Source: Pseudomonadota bacterium (GTDB lineage Bacteria > Pseudomonadota > Gammaproteobacteria > Burkholderiales > Burkholderiaceae_C). Taken from it: a stretch of DNA of 64,000 nt. Location: assembly GCA_021792835.1 (NCBI GenBank), contig JAJYTY010000001.1, forward strand, positions 7,722 through 71,721. The letters are read 5' to 3'. Below the pieces are notes generated by a model. The model was not told the DNA's origin. It saw only the letters and a list, made by a program, of their open reading frames with translations, and made no database searches. The position numbers were made by a program, and so were the translations under genes. Below, piece by piece: positions 1 to 11,415 of this stretch (its first letter is position 1; each line of letters opens with the position of its first letter).

Positions 1-246
1 CAGGATCACGTCCTTGGCCAGCGGGTGGCCGGAACGGATGAAGGACTCCGAGCAGCAGGTGCATTCCAGGCCGTGGAGCCACAGCACCGGCAGGCGCGGC
101 TTGTTCTCCATGGCGTAGGCGATTTCGCTGGCGTACTGGGGCCCCAGTCCCAGCGCGGCCGCGGTGAGGCTGCAGTACTTGAGAAAACTGCGGCGGGAAA
201 TCCCCTGGCGCCGCATGACTTCGTAGAACGTTTCCGTGACCGACAT
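1..246 (-). CDS. hupS: Membrane-bound [NiFe]-hydrogenase small subunit (HupS/HoxK), 5' part only; runs off the window edge
   Basis: Not in the ORF track. Hand translation from ATG 246: [35 protein letters not shown]...[38 protein letters not shown]. Twin-arginine signal SRRSFLK; RBS GGAGGAGG upstream. Confidence 0.95.
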   Translation of the reverse strand, partial: MSVTETFYEVMRRQGISRRSFLKYCSLTAAALGLGPQYASEIAYAMENKPRLPVLWLHGLECTCCSESFIRSGHPLAKDVIL

Positions 247-299
247 GGTCCGCCTCCTCCTGGTTTTGAGGCTTCGCGCGAAGCCTGGCACGTCCTTTC

Positions 300-315
300 T
301 GCAATCCCCGTGCCA
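300..315 (-). promoter_or_regulatory. sigma54 (-24/-12) promoter for hupS
   Basis: Minus strand reads TGGCAC-GGGGA-TTGCA, a perfect match to TGGCAC-N5-TTGCA. Confidence 0.9.
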
Positions 316-333
316 CGGATCGAAGCCACGAAA

Positions 334-346
334 AATCAAGCACTTG
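334..346 (+). promoter_or_regulatory. IHF binding site
   Basis: AATCAA-GCAC-TTG matches WATCAA-N4-TTR and lies just upstream of the hupS sigma54 site. Confidence 0.75.
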
Positions 347-581
347 GCGTGCGCGGAGGGGCCGATTCGTGGTTTACCCCAGGTCGCGGCATGCGCGCGG
401 CCCGCGACGCGGTGGTAAGCGGCTAACCAGTCGGGTCGAGGGCGGCTCGACGGCCCATGCGGCATTTCCCTTTCCGCTTTGGGTCATCAAGCGGAAGGTT
501 TGTTGGCATGTTTTTTCGGCGCGACTGGCAGCTTTGCTGACAATCCGAGTCCGATCAGACACTTAGCGCGACACCACGGGC

Positions 582-597
582 TGGCATCGCATTTGCT
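582..597 (+). promoter_or_regulatory. sigma54 promoter for the hupD accessory operon
   Basis: TGGCAT-CGCAT-TTGCT with correct -24/-12 spacing, 75 bp before the hupD start. Confidence 0.8.
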
Positions 598-672
598 GCA
601 TGGGAATCCGAGAGCGCGCTTCGACGGGCCGGACACCCCCCGCAAGACGACGCCGAACGAGGAGACGACAAG

Positions 673-1371
673 GTGATTGGCAACACGCCCCGCGTGCTGG
701 TGCTGGGCATCGGCAACCTGCTTTGGGCCGACGAGGGCTTCGGCGTGCGCGCGGTGCAACTGCTGCAGCGCGACTACCAGTTCCCGCCCGAGGTGCGGTT
801 GCTCGACGGAGGCACCCAGGGCCTGTACCTGCTGCATCACGTGCAGGAAGCGGACGTGCTGCTGGTGTTCGACGCTGTCGACTACGGCCTTGCCCCGGGC
901 AGCCTGCATTGCGTGTTCGGGGACGAGGTCCCGCGCTTCATGGGGGCGCGCAAGGTCAGCCTGCACCAGACCGGATTCCAGGAAGTCCTGCTCACCGCCG
1001 AACTGCTCGGAGGCATGCCGCGCCACCTGGCGCTGGTGGGCGTGCAGCCGCAGGTGCTGGAGGACTTCGGCGGCAGCCTCAGCCCGGTGGTCAAGGAGCA
1101 GCTGGAGCCTGCCGTGGCCGCCGGCCTGTCCTGGCTCGCCGGGCTGGGCGTGATGGGACGGCGGCGCGACCAGCCCTGCGACTCCGAACCGCTCGGCGCC
1201 GAGGCGCTGGAACTCGCCCGCTACGAGGCCGGACGCCCCGATGCCGGCGAGGCACCGCGCCACGGCGATCCCCGGGTGCTCGCCGACCCGCGGCTGCGCT
1301 TCGATCCCAAACCCGCCTGCGACGTCGGCACCCGCATCAGCGTCGACGTCGACTCGCGCCGCCCGATCTGA
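673..1371 (+). CDS. hupD: Hydrogenase maturation endopeptidase (HupD/HoxM/HyaD)
   Basis: VLVLGIGNLLWADEGFG, DGGTQG, DAVD and SLHQTG motifs; GTG start with a GAGGAG RBS. Confidence 0.93.
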   Translation: MIGNTPRVLVLGIGNLLWADEGFGVRAVQLLQRDYQFPPEVRLLDGGTQGLYLLHHVQEADVLLVFDAVDYGLAPGSLHCVFGDEVPRFMGARKVSLHQTGFQEVLLTAELLGGMPRHLALVGVQPQVLEDFGGSLSPVVKEQLEPAVAAGLSWLAGLGVMGRRRDQPCDSEPLGAEALELARYEAGRPDAGEAPRHGDPRVLADPRLRFDPKPACDVGTRISVDVDSRRPI

Positions 1372-1373
1372 CC

Positions 1374-1715
1374 ATGTGCATCGGCCGCCCCCTGCGCATT
1401 GTGGAGATGCACGAATTCCTGGCTGTGTGCGAAGCCCCGTCGGGCGCGCGCGAGCATGTCGACATGAGCCTGCTGGGACCGCGGGAGCCGGGAACCTGGG
1501 TGCTGGTGTTCCTCGGCCACGCGCGCTCGGTCCTCGAGGCCGAGGAGGCGCTGCGCATCCACGACGCGCTGGGCGCGCTCGACGCGGTGATGCGCGGCGA
1601 GGCCGTGGACGTGGAGCGTTGCTTCGCCGACCTCCTGGAGCGCGAGCCGCAGCTGCCAGAACACTTGCGCCCCCCCTGTTCCCCCGACCCGTCTTTCCTG
1701 AGAGGACCCCGCACG
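1374..1715 (+). CDS. hupF: HypC-like hydrogenase chaperone HupF/HoxL; no in-frame stop before hupG
   Basis: Begins MCIGRP, has WVLVFLG and ends ...EPQLPEHLRP. Reads in frame into hupG; a +1-frame TGA sits at 1699-1701. Confidence 0.85.
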
Positions 1716-2126
1716 ATGTCCCATGCCCTGATCGACCGCCTGAGCGACGAGCTCGGCTACCCGCGCGTGACCGCGCAGAACCTCGACTCCGTGCTGCAAC
1801 GGGCCGAGAACACCGTGCTGTACTTCAGCGGGGATCCGGCCACGGTGCCGGAAGCCTCCGACGTCGCCGTCGTGCTGCCCGAACTGGTGCGCCATTTCGA
1901 CGGGCGCCTCGGCGCCGGGATCGTCGAGCGCGCCGACGAGCGTGCCCTGCAGGCTCTGTACGGATTCGAGATCTGGCCGGCGCTGGTGTTCCTGCGCGGA
2001 CAGCGATACCTGGGCGCGATCAGCCGCATCCGCGACTGGAGCGACTACCTGCAGCGCATCCAGGAATTCCTGGACACCGGACCGGTGCGCACGCCGGCGC
2101 CGCGCATTCCCATTCTTCCCGCCTGA
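1716..2126 (+). CDS. hupG: Thioredoxin-like hydrogenase accessory protein HupG/HoxO/HyaE
   Basis: GDP...EASDVAVVLPEL, WPALVFLRG..YLGAI..IRDW; own RBS (AGAGGA) before ATG 1716. Confidence 0.88.
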   Translation: MSHALIDRLSDELGYPRVTAQNLDSVLQRAENTVLYFSGDPATVPEASDVAVVLPELVRHFDGRLGAGIVERADERALQALYGFEIWPALVFLRGQRYLGAISRIRDWSDYLQRIQEFLDTGPVRTPAPRIPILPA

Positions 2127-2136
2127 GGTCCGCACC

Positions 2137-2997
2137 ATGCCCAAACCCATCGACATCCCGGTGGTCGCCATCGGCCCCGGCAGCCAGCCCGTCGAGGACG
2201 ACACCCTCGAGTACATGGCGATGCCCACGGAGATGTTCACCCACGGCTCGATCCGACTGCCGGAACCCGAGGACCTGCGGCTGCGCCACCGCGTGCGCGA
2301 CCTGCTGGAGGACATGCTGGCCACCACGCGCACCTACGTGCCCGGCCGCGACGAGGCGGTGCCCCACGACCTGTCGCACCTGGACGAAGCCGATCTGGAT
2401 TGCATCAACCAGATGCTCGGCGAAGGAGAGGTCAGCGTGCACATCGACCTTCCCGACGGAAGCGTCCGGGCCCAGGAGTCGGTGCTGACCGGCATCTGGC
2501 GGGTGCGCCGCTTCGACTCGGCGCAACGCCTGCAGAGCGACCACATCGAGGTGGCCGACGTGCCCCACGGCATTCGCTCGCCCGACTGGGGCGTGCCGTC
2601 CGGCACCGCGCCGCTGTCGATGCCCATGCTGCCGGGCGTGCAGAACGCGCCGGCCCTGCTCAGCGAAATCGCCGACAAGTCCGCCGCCTACCGGCCCGGG
2701 CAGCCTGCGCACGTGATCAACCTGACCCTGCTGCCTCTGACCGCGGAGGATCTGGCCTGCCTGGGCGCCGCGCTCGGCGTCGGCCCGGCCACCATCCTGT
2801 CCAGGGGCTACGGCAACTGCCGGGTGGGCGCCACGCTGGTGCCGAACGTCTGGTGGATCAAGTTCTTCAATTCGCAGGACGCGCTGATCCTCAACACCAT
2901 CGAGATCGTCGACGTGCCGGAAGTCGCGCTGGCGGCGCCGGAGGACTTTGCCGATACCTCGGTGCGCCTGCGCGAGATCGTGGCCCTGTTCCCATGA
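2137..2997 (+). CDS. hupH: Hydrogenase expression protein HupH/HoxQ/HyaF
   Basis: GPGSQP N-terminus, LGEGEVS, QNAPALL.EI, VINLTLLP, SRGYGNCR, NSQDALILNTIEIVDVP. Confidence 0.92.
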   Translation: MPKPIDIPVVAIGPGSQPVEDDTLEYMAMPTEMFTHGSIRLPEPEDLRLRHRVRDLLEDMLATTRTYVPGRDEAVPHDLSHLDEADLDCINQMLGEGEVSVHIDLPDGSVRAQESVLTGIWRVRRFDSAQRLQSDHIEVADVPHGIRSPDWGVPSGTAPLSMPMLPGVQNAPALLSEIADKSAAYRPGQPAHVINLTLLPLTAEDLACLGAALGVGPATILSRGYGNCRVGATLVPNVWWIKFFNSQDALILNTIEIVDVPEVALAAPEDFADTSVRLREIVALFP

Positions 2998-3215
2998 ACA
3001 CCTTCGAAGGCTCCTACCTGGGCGACGCCTCGCGCCTGCGCGACGACGCGCGCCTGGAATGCCGGATCTGCTGGCATGTCTACGATCCGGCCGTGGGCGA
3101 CCCGGTCTGGCAGATCGCGCCCGGCACGCCCTTCAGCCGCCTGCCCCCGCATTGGAGATGTCCCGAATGCGACGCCGAATCCATGCACTTCATGGTGGTG
3201 CGGGAGGGACAATGA
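2994..3215 (+). CDS. hupI: Rubredoxin HupI/HoxR
   Basis: MNTFEGSY...ECRICWHVYDP...W.CPEC (two CxxC knuckles); ATGA overlap with hupH. Confidence 0.92.
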   Translation: MNTFEGSYLGDASRLRDDARLECRICWHVYDPAVGDPVWQIAPGTPFSRLPPHWRCPECDAESMHFMVVREGQ

Positions 3216-3237
3216 GCGTAGCGAGGAGGGTTGTTCC

Positions 3238-3726
3238 ATGACCCCGGCCGAACGACTCGATGCCCTCGCCCACGCGGTGGAGCAGGCGTACGCGCGGGTG
3301 CAGCGCGAGAACATGCGGGGCGTGCCCATCGCCAATCCCCGGCTGCAGGTACGCATGCCCGAACTGCGTGCATGGAACAAGCACGCGCTGGGGGTGCTGA
3401 TCACCCCCTGGTGCATGAACCTGCTCGCCCTGCCCCTGCCCGGCGAGCCGCCGCTCGCGCCCCTGCCGGCCGGACGCGCGTGCAGCGTGGACCTGCCCAG
3501 CGGCAGCTACGAACTGCTGTGCACGCACCTGCCGGAACTCGGCCACCATCTGGCGGGCTCGCTGTTCTCCCCAATGCAGGACTTCGACTCCCAGCAGCAG
3601 GCCTTGCAGGCGGCGCAAGCGGCGATGGACCTGGTGTTCGCCCAGCCGGCCGCGCCCGCCGTGGCGAAATCGCGCCGCGGCTTCCTGTTCGGTTCGGGCG
3701 CCAGCGCCCGGGACGCAACTTCGTGA
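3238..3726 (+). CDS. hupJ: [NiFe]-hydrogenase assembly chaperone HupJ/HoxT/HybE
   Basis: M.GVPI.NP.L.V, LITPW.MNL, SLFSPM.DF; GAGGAGG RBS. Confidence 0.88.
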   Translation: MTPAERLDALAHAVEQAYARVQRENMRGVPIANPRLQVRMPELRAWNKHALGVLITPWCMNLLALPLPGEPPLAPLPAGRACSVDLPSGSYELLCTHLPELGHHLAGSLFSPMQDFDSQQQALQAAQAAMDLVFAQPAAPAVAKSRRGFLFGSGASARDATS

Positions 3727-4859
3727 CCCACGACCCGATCGAGCTGCAGATCGAGCTCGGCCCGATGACTCCGGGCGGGCGCTCGGTACGCAGCCACAAC
3801 CGGCGCCCGCTGCACATCGTGCGCCTGCTGGAGGGGCGCGGTGCCGAGCAGGCGCTGCGCATGCTGCCGCGGCTGTTCGCGGTCTGCTCCCAGGCGCACC
3901 AGGCCGCGGGGGCCGACGCGCTGCGCGCGGCCCTCACGCCCGGGCCCGGCGAGCGAGTCGCCAGCCATCGGCTGGTCGGCCTCGAATCCCTGCGGGAGCA
4001 GTTCCTGCAGATCCTGTGCGAATGGCCGCAGGCGCTCGAGTTGGAGCCGCGACGCGACGCTGCCGTGGACATACTGCGCCTGTCGCAAGCCGCGCAGGCC
4101 GACGACCGGGGCCTGCGCGAGCTGGCGGACTGGGCTGCCCGGGAGGTTTTCTGCATGCCGGCCGCCCGCTGGCTCGAACTGCGCGGCGTCGGCGAACTGC
4201 AGGCCTGGGCGCGCCAGGGTGCCGGTGCGGCCGCGGAATTCGTGCATCGCTTGTTCGACGAACCCGCGGCGTCGGCGGTGGATGGGCTCGCCGCGCTGGA
4301 GGACCAGGATCCGCTGCGCATCCAGGCCTGCATGGCCGGCGACGACACGCTGGAGTTCACGCGCCAGCCCGAGCTGGACGGCCAATGCCTGGAGTCCGGA
4401 CCCGCGGCCCGGCAACGCAGGCACCCCTTGGCGCGCGCCTGCGCCGGGCACGGCCTGCTGGCGCGCTTCGTGGGGCGGCTGATCGACGTCGCCGCGACCG
4501 TCGAGGCCTTGCAGCGCGGCGACGACCTGCCTTCCGAGCCCTGCGGGAACGGCCTGGGTTGGGCCGATTGCGCGCGGGGTCGTGTGCTGCACCATGCCGA
4601 GCTCGACGCGGAAGGGTGCATCCGGCGCTACCGCATCGTCGCGCCCACGGAATGGAACACCCACCCGCGGGGGCTGTGCGCCCGGCTGCTGGGAGCCATC
4701 GGCCCGGGTGCCTGGCCGACGCTGCGCCGGCAGGCGCGACTGGTTATGCTGGCGGTGGATCCCTGCGTACCGGCGCGCGTGATGCTGCCGCCCGCCGAGC
4801 TTCCGCCGGGCTCCCAGCGAACCGCGGCCATGCGTACAGTGGAGGTGCATCATGCATGA
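3723..4859 (+). CDS. hupK: HupK/HoxV scaffold protein (degenerate large-subunit fold)
   Basis: LPRLF.VC..AH, ARGR..H, IVAPTEWN.HP, DPCV; position before hypA. GTG start overlapping the hupJ stop is inferred. Confidence 0.85.
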   Translation: MTHDPIELQIELGPMTPGGRSVRSHNRRPLHIVRLLEGRGAEQALRMLPRLFAVCSQAHQAAGADALRAALTPGPGERVASHRLVGLESLREQFLQILCEWPQALELEPRRDAAVDILRLSQAAQADDRGLRELADWAAREVFCMPAARWLELRGVGELQAWARQGAGAAAEFVHRLFDEPAASAVDGLAALEDQDPLRIQACMAGDDTLEFTRQPELDGQCLESGPAARQRRHPLARACAGHGLLARFVGRLIDVAATVEALQRGDDLPSEPCGNGLGWADCARGRVLHHAELDAEGCIRRYRIVAPTEWNTHPRGLCARLLGAIGPGAWPTLRRQARLVMLAVDPCVPARVMLPPAELPPGSQRTAAMRTVEVHHA

Positions 4860-5193
4860 GATGTCGCTTTGCGAGAGCATCGTGCAGATCATCGAGGAAC
4901 AGGCGCGGGCGCAGAACTTCGGGCGGGTGCGCCGGGTCGTGCTGCGGGTCGGGGAACTCGCGGCGGTCGACCCGGAGGCGCTGCGCTTTTGTTTCGGCGC
5001 GGTCGCGGCCGGCGGGGTGGCCCGCGACGCCGAACTGGACATTCGCAAGATCCCCGGGGTGGTCTGGTGCATGCACTGCGCCGCCCAGGTCCGCGTCTCC
5101 CGGCGCCATGAGGCCTGTCCCGACTGTGGCGGGCATCAGACGGTGCTGCAGGGTGGCGACGATTTGAGCATTCAGGAATTGGAGGTGGACTGA
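4852..5193 (+). CDS. hypA: Hydrogenase nickel metallochaperone HypA
   Basis: MHEMSL start, CMHC...CPDC zinc site. Confidence 0.96.
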   Translation: MHEMSLCESIVQIIEEQARAQNFGRVRRVVLRVGELAAVDPEALRFCFGAVAAGGVARDAELDIRKIPGVVWCMHCAAQVRVSRRHEACPDCGGHQTVLQGGDDLSIQELEVD

Positions 5194-5195
5194 CC

Positions 5196-6116
5196 ATGTG
5201 TACCGTATGCGGATGTTCCGGCGGGGAGGCGCGCATCGAAGGACACGTGCCGGGCGGGCACGACCATGCGCACGAGCATGGGCACGGCCATGACCATGGC
5301 CATGACCATGGACATGACCATGGGCACGACCACGACCACGGCCACGACCATGCCCGCGACGCGCGCGCCGGGCGCGCGCCTGCCCAGGCGCTGCATTCCC
5401 ATGCTCCGGGAATGAGCCCGGCGCGCATGGTCGAGATCGAGCGCGACATCCTCGGGCACAACGACGCCCTGGCGCGCGACAACCGACGCCTGTTCGCTCA
5501 GCGCGGCGTGCTGGCGCTGAACCTGGTGTCGAGTCCCGGCTCGGGCAAGACCACGCTGCTGGCGCGCACCCTCACCGATCTGCGCCAGGGCCTGCGCTTC
5601 GCGGTGATCGAGGGCGACCAGCAGACCTCGCTGGACGCCGAGCGCATCCGCGCCACCGGAGTTCCCAGCGTGCAGGTCAACACCGGCAAGGGCTGCCACC
5701 TGGACGCCCATACGGTCGGCCACGCGGTCGAACACCTCGACATCGAGCCCGGCTCGATCCTGTTCATCGAGAATGTGGGCAACCTGGTCTGCCCCGCGGC
5801 CTTCGACCTCGGCGAGGCCTGCAAGGTGGCCATCCTCTCGGTCACCGAGGGGGAGGACAAACCGCTGAAGTATCCCGACATGTTCGAGGCCGCCGACCTG
5901 ATGCTGATTCACAAGATCGATCTGCTTCCCCACGTGGACTTCGACGTCGCGCGCTGCATCGACGCCGCGCGGCAGGTCCATCCTGGACTGCAGATCCTGC
6001 AGCTTTCCGCGCGCAGCGGCGAAGGTCTGGAGTCCTGGTACGAGTGGCTGCGCCTGCAGCATGCGGCGCGGCAGATCGGCCGCGCCCCGGCGTCGCCCGC
6101 GACCGCGACCCGCTGA
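5196..6116 (+). CDS. hypB: Hydrogenase nickel GTPase HypB
   Basis: MCTVCGC, His-rich tract, [49 protein letters not shown]. Confidence 0.97.
   Translation: MCTVCGCSGGEARIEGHVPGGHDHAHEHGHGHDHGHDHGHDHGHDHDHGHDHARDARAGRAPAQALHSHAPGMSPARMVEIERDILGHNDALARDNRRLFAQRGVLALNLVSSPGSGKTTLLARTLTDLRQGLRFAVIEGDQQTSLDAERIRATGVPSVQVNTGKGCHLDAHTVGHAVEHLDIEPGSILFIENVGNLVCPAAFDLGEACKVAILSVTEGEDKPLKYPDMFEAADLMLIHKIDLLPHVDFDVARCIDAARQVHPGLQILQLSARSGEGLESWYEWLRLQHAARQIGRAPASPATATR
5261..5351 (+). repeat. Imperfect tandem repeat (~12-nt unit, GGCCATGACCAT-like) encoding the HypB His-rich nickel-binding tract
   Basis: Encodes [31 protein letters not shown] (16 His in 31 residues by hand count). Confidence 0.85.
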
Positions 6117-6124
6117 GGCCCGGC

Positions 6125-7592
<1,468 letters not shown>

Positions 7593-7600
<8 letters not shown>

Positions 7601-8957
7601 GCAACGCCGCTTCGCCGCGTCGGCCCCGCGCCCCCTGCCGGCGGCGCCCGCGACCCCGCCCGGCCTGGGCGAGGAGGCCTGGATCGAGGTGGTCCAGCGC
7701 ATGGACGACATCTATGCCGACCTCGTGCGCCATCAGGTGGACCTGGAAGAGAAGAACTCGGCGCTGGAGGACGCGCAGCGCTTCATCGACAGCGTGCTGT
7801 CGTCCATGTCCGACGTGCTGGTCGTCACCGATGTGCATGGGCGCATCCAGCGCGCCAACAAGGCCATGGTCGACCTCCTGGGGCGCAGCGAGCAGCAGCT
7901 TCTGGGTACCGAACTGACGGCGCTGTTCGCGCCCCAGGCGGCGCACACCGTCGCCGAGTTCCGCAAGCACGTGCGCGGCGGCGACATCCTGGACTGCGAG
8001 ATCGAGATCCTCGGGGCCGGCGGCGAGGCGGTGCCGCTGGCGGTGAACTGCAGCCCCCGCTACGACAGCGAGGGCATGCTCTCGGGCATGGTGGTCAGCG
8101 GCCGTCCGCTGGGAGAGCTGCGGCGCGCCTACCGCGCGCTGCAGGAAGCCCATCGCCAGCTCAAGACCACCCAGCAGCAGCTCCTGCAGTCGGAGAAGAT
8201 GGCCTCGCTGGGGCGCCTGGTGGCGGGGGTGGCGCACGAACTGAACAACCCGATCAGTTTCGTGTTCGGCAACATGCACACCCTGCAGCGCTACGGCGAG
8301 CGCCTGCGCGACTACCTGGCGCTGGTGCAGAGCGGCGCGGCGCCCGAGCTGATCGCGCAGGCGCGCCAGACCCACCGGATCGATCGCATTCTCGACGACC
8401 TCGTGCCCTTGATCGCCGGCTCGCTGGAAGGCGCCGAGCGGGTCAGCGAAATCGTGCAGAACCTGCGCCGCTTCGCCACACCGCAGCGCCAGAAGCAACG
8501 CGATTTCGACCTGTGCAGGGTGGTCGAGTCGAGCCTGGCCTGGGTCAGCAAGACAGTGCGCGCCCAGGCGCAGATCGAGCTGGACCTGCCGCCCGAACTG
8601 ATGGTGCGCAGCAGCGAGGGCCATGTGCAGCAGATCCTGATCAACCTGTTGCAGAACGCCTTCGACGCCATGGAATCGGTCGATCCGCCGCGCCTGAATC
8701 TGCGCGTGAGCGCGCAGGACGGATGGGCGCACGTGCAGGTGCGCGACCATGGGCCTGGCATCGCCGAGGACAACCTGCTGCGGGTGTTCGATCCCTTTTT
8801 CACGACCAAGCCGGTGGGCAAGGGAACCGGGCTGGGCCTGTACATCAGCTACGGCCTGGCCACCGAGCAATGCGCCGGCTCGCTGACGGTGCGCAACCAT
8901 CCCGAGGGGGGAGCCGAATTCACCCTCGAACTGCCGCTGGAGACCGCCCATGGCTGA
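7593..8957 (+). CDS. hupT: Hydrogen-sensing PAS histidine kinase HupT/HoxJ
   Basis: PAS region, EKMASLGRLVAGVAHELNNP H-box, N-box, DHGPGI, FFTTKPVGKGTGLGL. Confidence 0.93.
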
Positions 8958-9951
8958 ACGCCTGAACCTGCTGTGGCTGCAGTCCGGGGGCTGCGGCGGG
9001 TGCAGCATGTCCCTGCTCAACGCCGAGGGGCCGGATCTGTACGCGGCCCTCGACCTGGCCGGCATCGACCTGCTGTGGCACCCGTCGCTGAGCCAGAGCA
9101 GCGGGGACGAATTCCTGGATCTGCTGCGCGCCATCGTGCGGGGCGAACAGCGCCTGGACATCCTGTGCCTGGAAGGCTCCGTGGTGCATGGGCCGGACGG
9201 CAGCGGGCGCTTTCACATGCTGGCCGGCAGCGGCCGACCGATGCGCGACTGGCTTGCCGATCTCGCCGCCCGTGCCCGCTACGTGGTGGCCGTGGGCAGC
9301 TGCGCGGCGTTCGGCGGCATCACCGCGGCCGGTGCAAACGAAGCGGAGGCCAGCGGACTGCAGTACCGCGGCGCGGTCCCCGGGGCGCTGGTGCCGGCGG
9401 ACTGGGCCTCGAACGGAGGTCTTCCGGTGGTCAACGTCGCCGGCTGTCCGGTCCATCCCGGCTGGGTCACCGAGGCCCTGGCGCAGCTCGCGCAGGGGGA
9501 ACTGGGGCGCGACGCACTGGACGAACTTGCCCGCCCGCGCAGCTACACCGACCACCTGGTGCACCACGGCTGCCCGCGCAACGAATACTACGAATTCAAG
9601 GCCAGCGCGGAGAAGCCCTCCGACCAGGGCTGCATGATGGAACACATGGGCTGCCTGGGCACGCAGGCGCGGGCCGACTGCAACGTGCGTCCCTGGAACG
9701 GCGGCGGCTCCTGCCTGAAGGGCGGGCACGCCTGCATCAATTGCACGGCCCCCGGCTTCGAGGAGCCCGGCCGGCCCTTCACCGAGACCCGCAAGATCGG
9801 CGGCATCCCGGTCGGGCTGCCCAGCGACATGCCCAAGGCCTGGTTCGTCGCGCTGGCCTCGCTGTCCAAGGCGGCGACGCCCGAGCGCCTGCGGCGCAAC
9901 GCGGTGTCGGACCACATCCAGGTCCGGCCTTCGATCAAGCGGAGCAAGTGA
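8950..9951 (+). CDS. hupU: Regulatory (H2-sensing) hydrogenase small subunit HupU/HoxB
   Basis: WLQSGGCGGCSMS, no Tat signal, GCPVHP, HHGCPRNEYYE, CINCT.PGF. Confidence 0.94.
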   Translation: MAERLNLLWLQSGGCGGCSMSLLNAEGPDLYAALDLAGIDLLWHPSLSQSSGDEFLDLLRAIVRGEQRLDILCLEGSVVHGPDGSGRFHMLAGSGRPMRDWLADLAARARYVVAVGSCAAFGGITAAGANEAEASGLQYRGAVPGALVPADWASNGGLPVVNVAGCPVHPGWVTEALAQLAQGELGRDALDELARPRSYTDHLVHHGCPRNEYYEFKASAEKPSDQGCMMEHMGCLGTQARADCNVRPWNGGGSCLKGGHACINCTAPGFEEPGRPFTETRKIGGIPVGLPSDMPKAWFVALASLSKAATPERLRRNAVSDHIQVRPSIKRSK

Positions 9952-9952
9952 G

Positions 9953-11392
9953 ATGACAAGGCGCATCCTGGGCCCCTTCAACCGCGTCGAGGGCGACCTG
10001 GAGGTCCAGGTCGACATCGAGGACGGGGCTGTGCGCGCGGCCTGGGTGAATTCGCCCCTCTACCGCGGCTTCGAATCCATGCTCGTGGGCAAGGATCCGC
10101 GCGACGCCCTGGTGTACACGCCGCGCATCTGCGGCATCTGCTCGGTGTCGCAATCGATGGCCGCCGCGGCGGCGCTGCGCGCCGCCGCCGGGCTGCAGGC
10201 GGCGCGCAACGGCGAGCTCGCGTCCAACCTGGTGCTGGCCTGCGAGAACCTGACCGACCACCTGACCCATTTCTACCTGTTCTTCATGCCCGATTTCGCG
10301 CGCGCCGAGTACGCGCGCCATGCAGGCCACGCCGAAGCCGCCACACGCTTCACGGCGCAGACCGGCAGCGCGTCGCGGGACATGCTGCCGGCGCGCGCCG
10401 GCTTCCTGCATCTCACCGGCATCCTGGCGGGCAAATGGCCCCACAGCCTGGCGCTTCAGCCGGGGGGCACCACGCGGGCCATCGAAGCCCAGGAAAAGGT
10501 GCAGCTGCGCAACGTCGTCGGGCTGTTCCGGCGCTTTCTCGAGCAGACCCTGTTCGACGACCGGCTGGAAAACGTCGCCCGCATCGACTCGGCCGCGGCG
10601 CTGCGCGATTGGGCCGCTGCCCATCCGCGCGGCGACTTCGCCCATTTCCTGCGGATTTCCGAGCGACTGGACCTGCGGCGCCTGGGGCGCGGAGCCGGGC
10701 GCTTTCTCAGCTACGGCGCCTACGAGGTCGACGGCGCGCATCTGTTCGCCCCGGGCAGCTGGAACGGCAGCCCGCGCGCGCTGGACGCTGCGCGAATCAC
10801 CGAGGACCTGTCCCATGCGTGGATGGCCGGGCCCGCGCAGCCGTCCCACCCCTCGCAGGCCAGCACGCGCCCCAGCCTGGACAATCCCGCGGCCTACAGC
10901 TGGTGCAAGGCCCCCAGGCTGGGTGGAGACGTGATGGAGACCGGTGCGCTGGCGCGCCAGGTGGTGCACGGACATCCCCTGGCACGCGAGCTGGCGCGCG
11001 ACGGCGGCGATGTGCATGCGCGCGTGGTCGCGCGCATGCTGGAACTGGCGCTGGTCCCGCCGGCGATGGAAGCCTGGATCGCGCAACTGCGGCCCGGAGA
11101 GCCCTTCTGTCACGTGGCCACGCTGCCGGAGGAGGCCGAAGGCGCGGGGCTGGTGGAAGCCGCGCGCGGCAGCCTGGGACACTGGCTGCGCATCCACAAG
11201 GGACGCATCCACACCTACCAGATCATCGCCCCGACAACCTGGAATTTCTCGCCCCGGGACGCCGGCGGCACCCCGGGCGCGCTCGAGCAGGCGCTGGTGG
11301 GAACGCCGGTGGCCGCCGACGGAGCGCCCGGCGCGGCGGTGCAGCACGTGGTGCGGTCCTTCGACCCCTGCATGGTCTGCACCGTGCACTGA
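9953..11392 (+). CDS. hupV: Regulatory hydrogenase large subunit HupV/HoxC
   Basis: GPFNRVEGDLE, RICGICS and DPCMVCTVH followed directly by a stop (no cleavable C-terminal extension, typical of sensory hydrogenases). Confidence 0.95.
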   Translation: MTRRILGPFNRVEGDLEVQVDIEDGAVRAAWVNSPLYRGFESMLVGKDPRDALVYTPRICGICSVSQSMAAAAALRAAAGLQAARNGELASNLVLACENLTDHLTHFYLFFMPDFARAEYARHAGHAEAATRFTAQTGSASRDMLPARAGFLHLTGILAGKWPHSLALQPGGTTRAIEAQEKVQLRNVVGLFRRFLEQTLFDDRLENVARIDSAAALRDWAAAHPRGDFAHFLRISERLDLRRLGRGAGRFLSYGAYEVDGAHLFAPGSWNGSPRALDAARITEDLSHAWMAGPAQPSHPSQASTRPSLDNPAAYSWCKAPRLGGDVMETGALARQVVHGHPLARELARDGGDVHARVVARMLELALVPPAMEAWIAQLRPGEPFCHVATLPEEAEGAGLVEAARGSLGHWLRIHKGRIHTYQIIAPTTWNFSPRDAGGTPGALEQALVGTPVAADGAPGAAVQHVVRSFDPCMVCTVH

Positions 11393-11415
11393 CGGGACGC
11401 CGAAGGGAACTCGCC

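Noticed and set aside
286-303. Plus-strand TGGCAC...TGCA near 286, and TGGCA look-alikes near 504 and 526
   Set aside because: The spacing to the GC of the -12 element is wrong for sigma54; the correctly spaced sites are 300-315 (-) and 582-597 (+).
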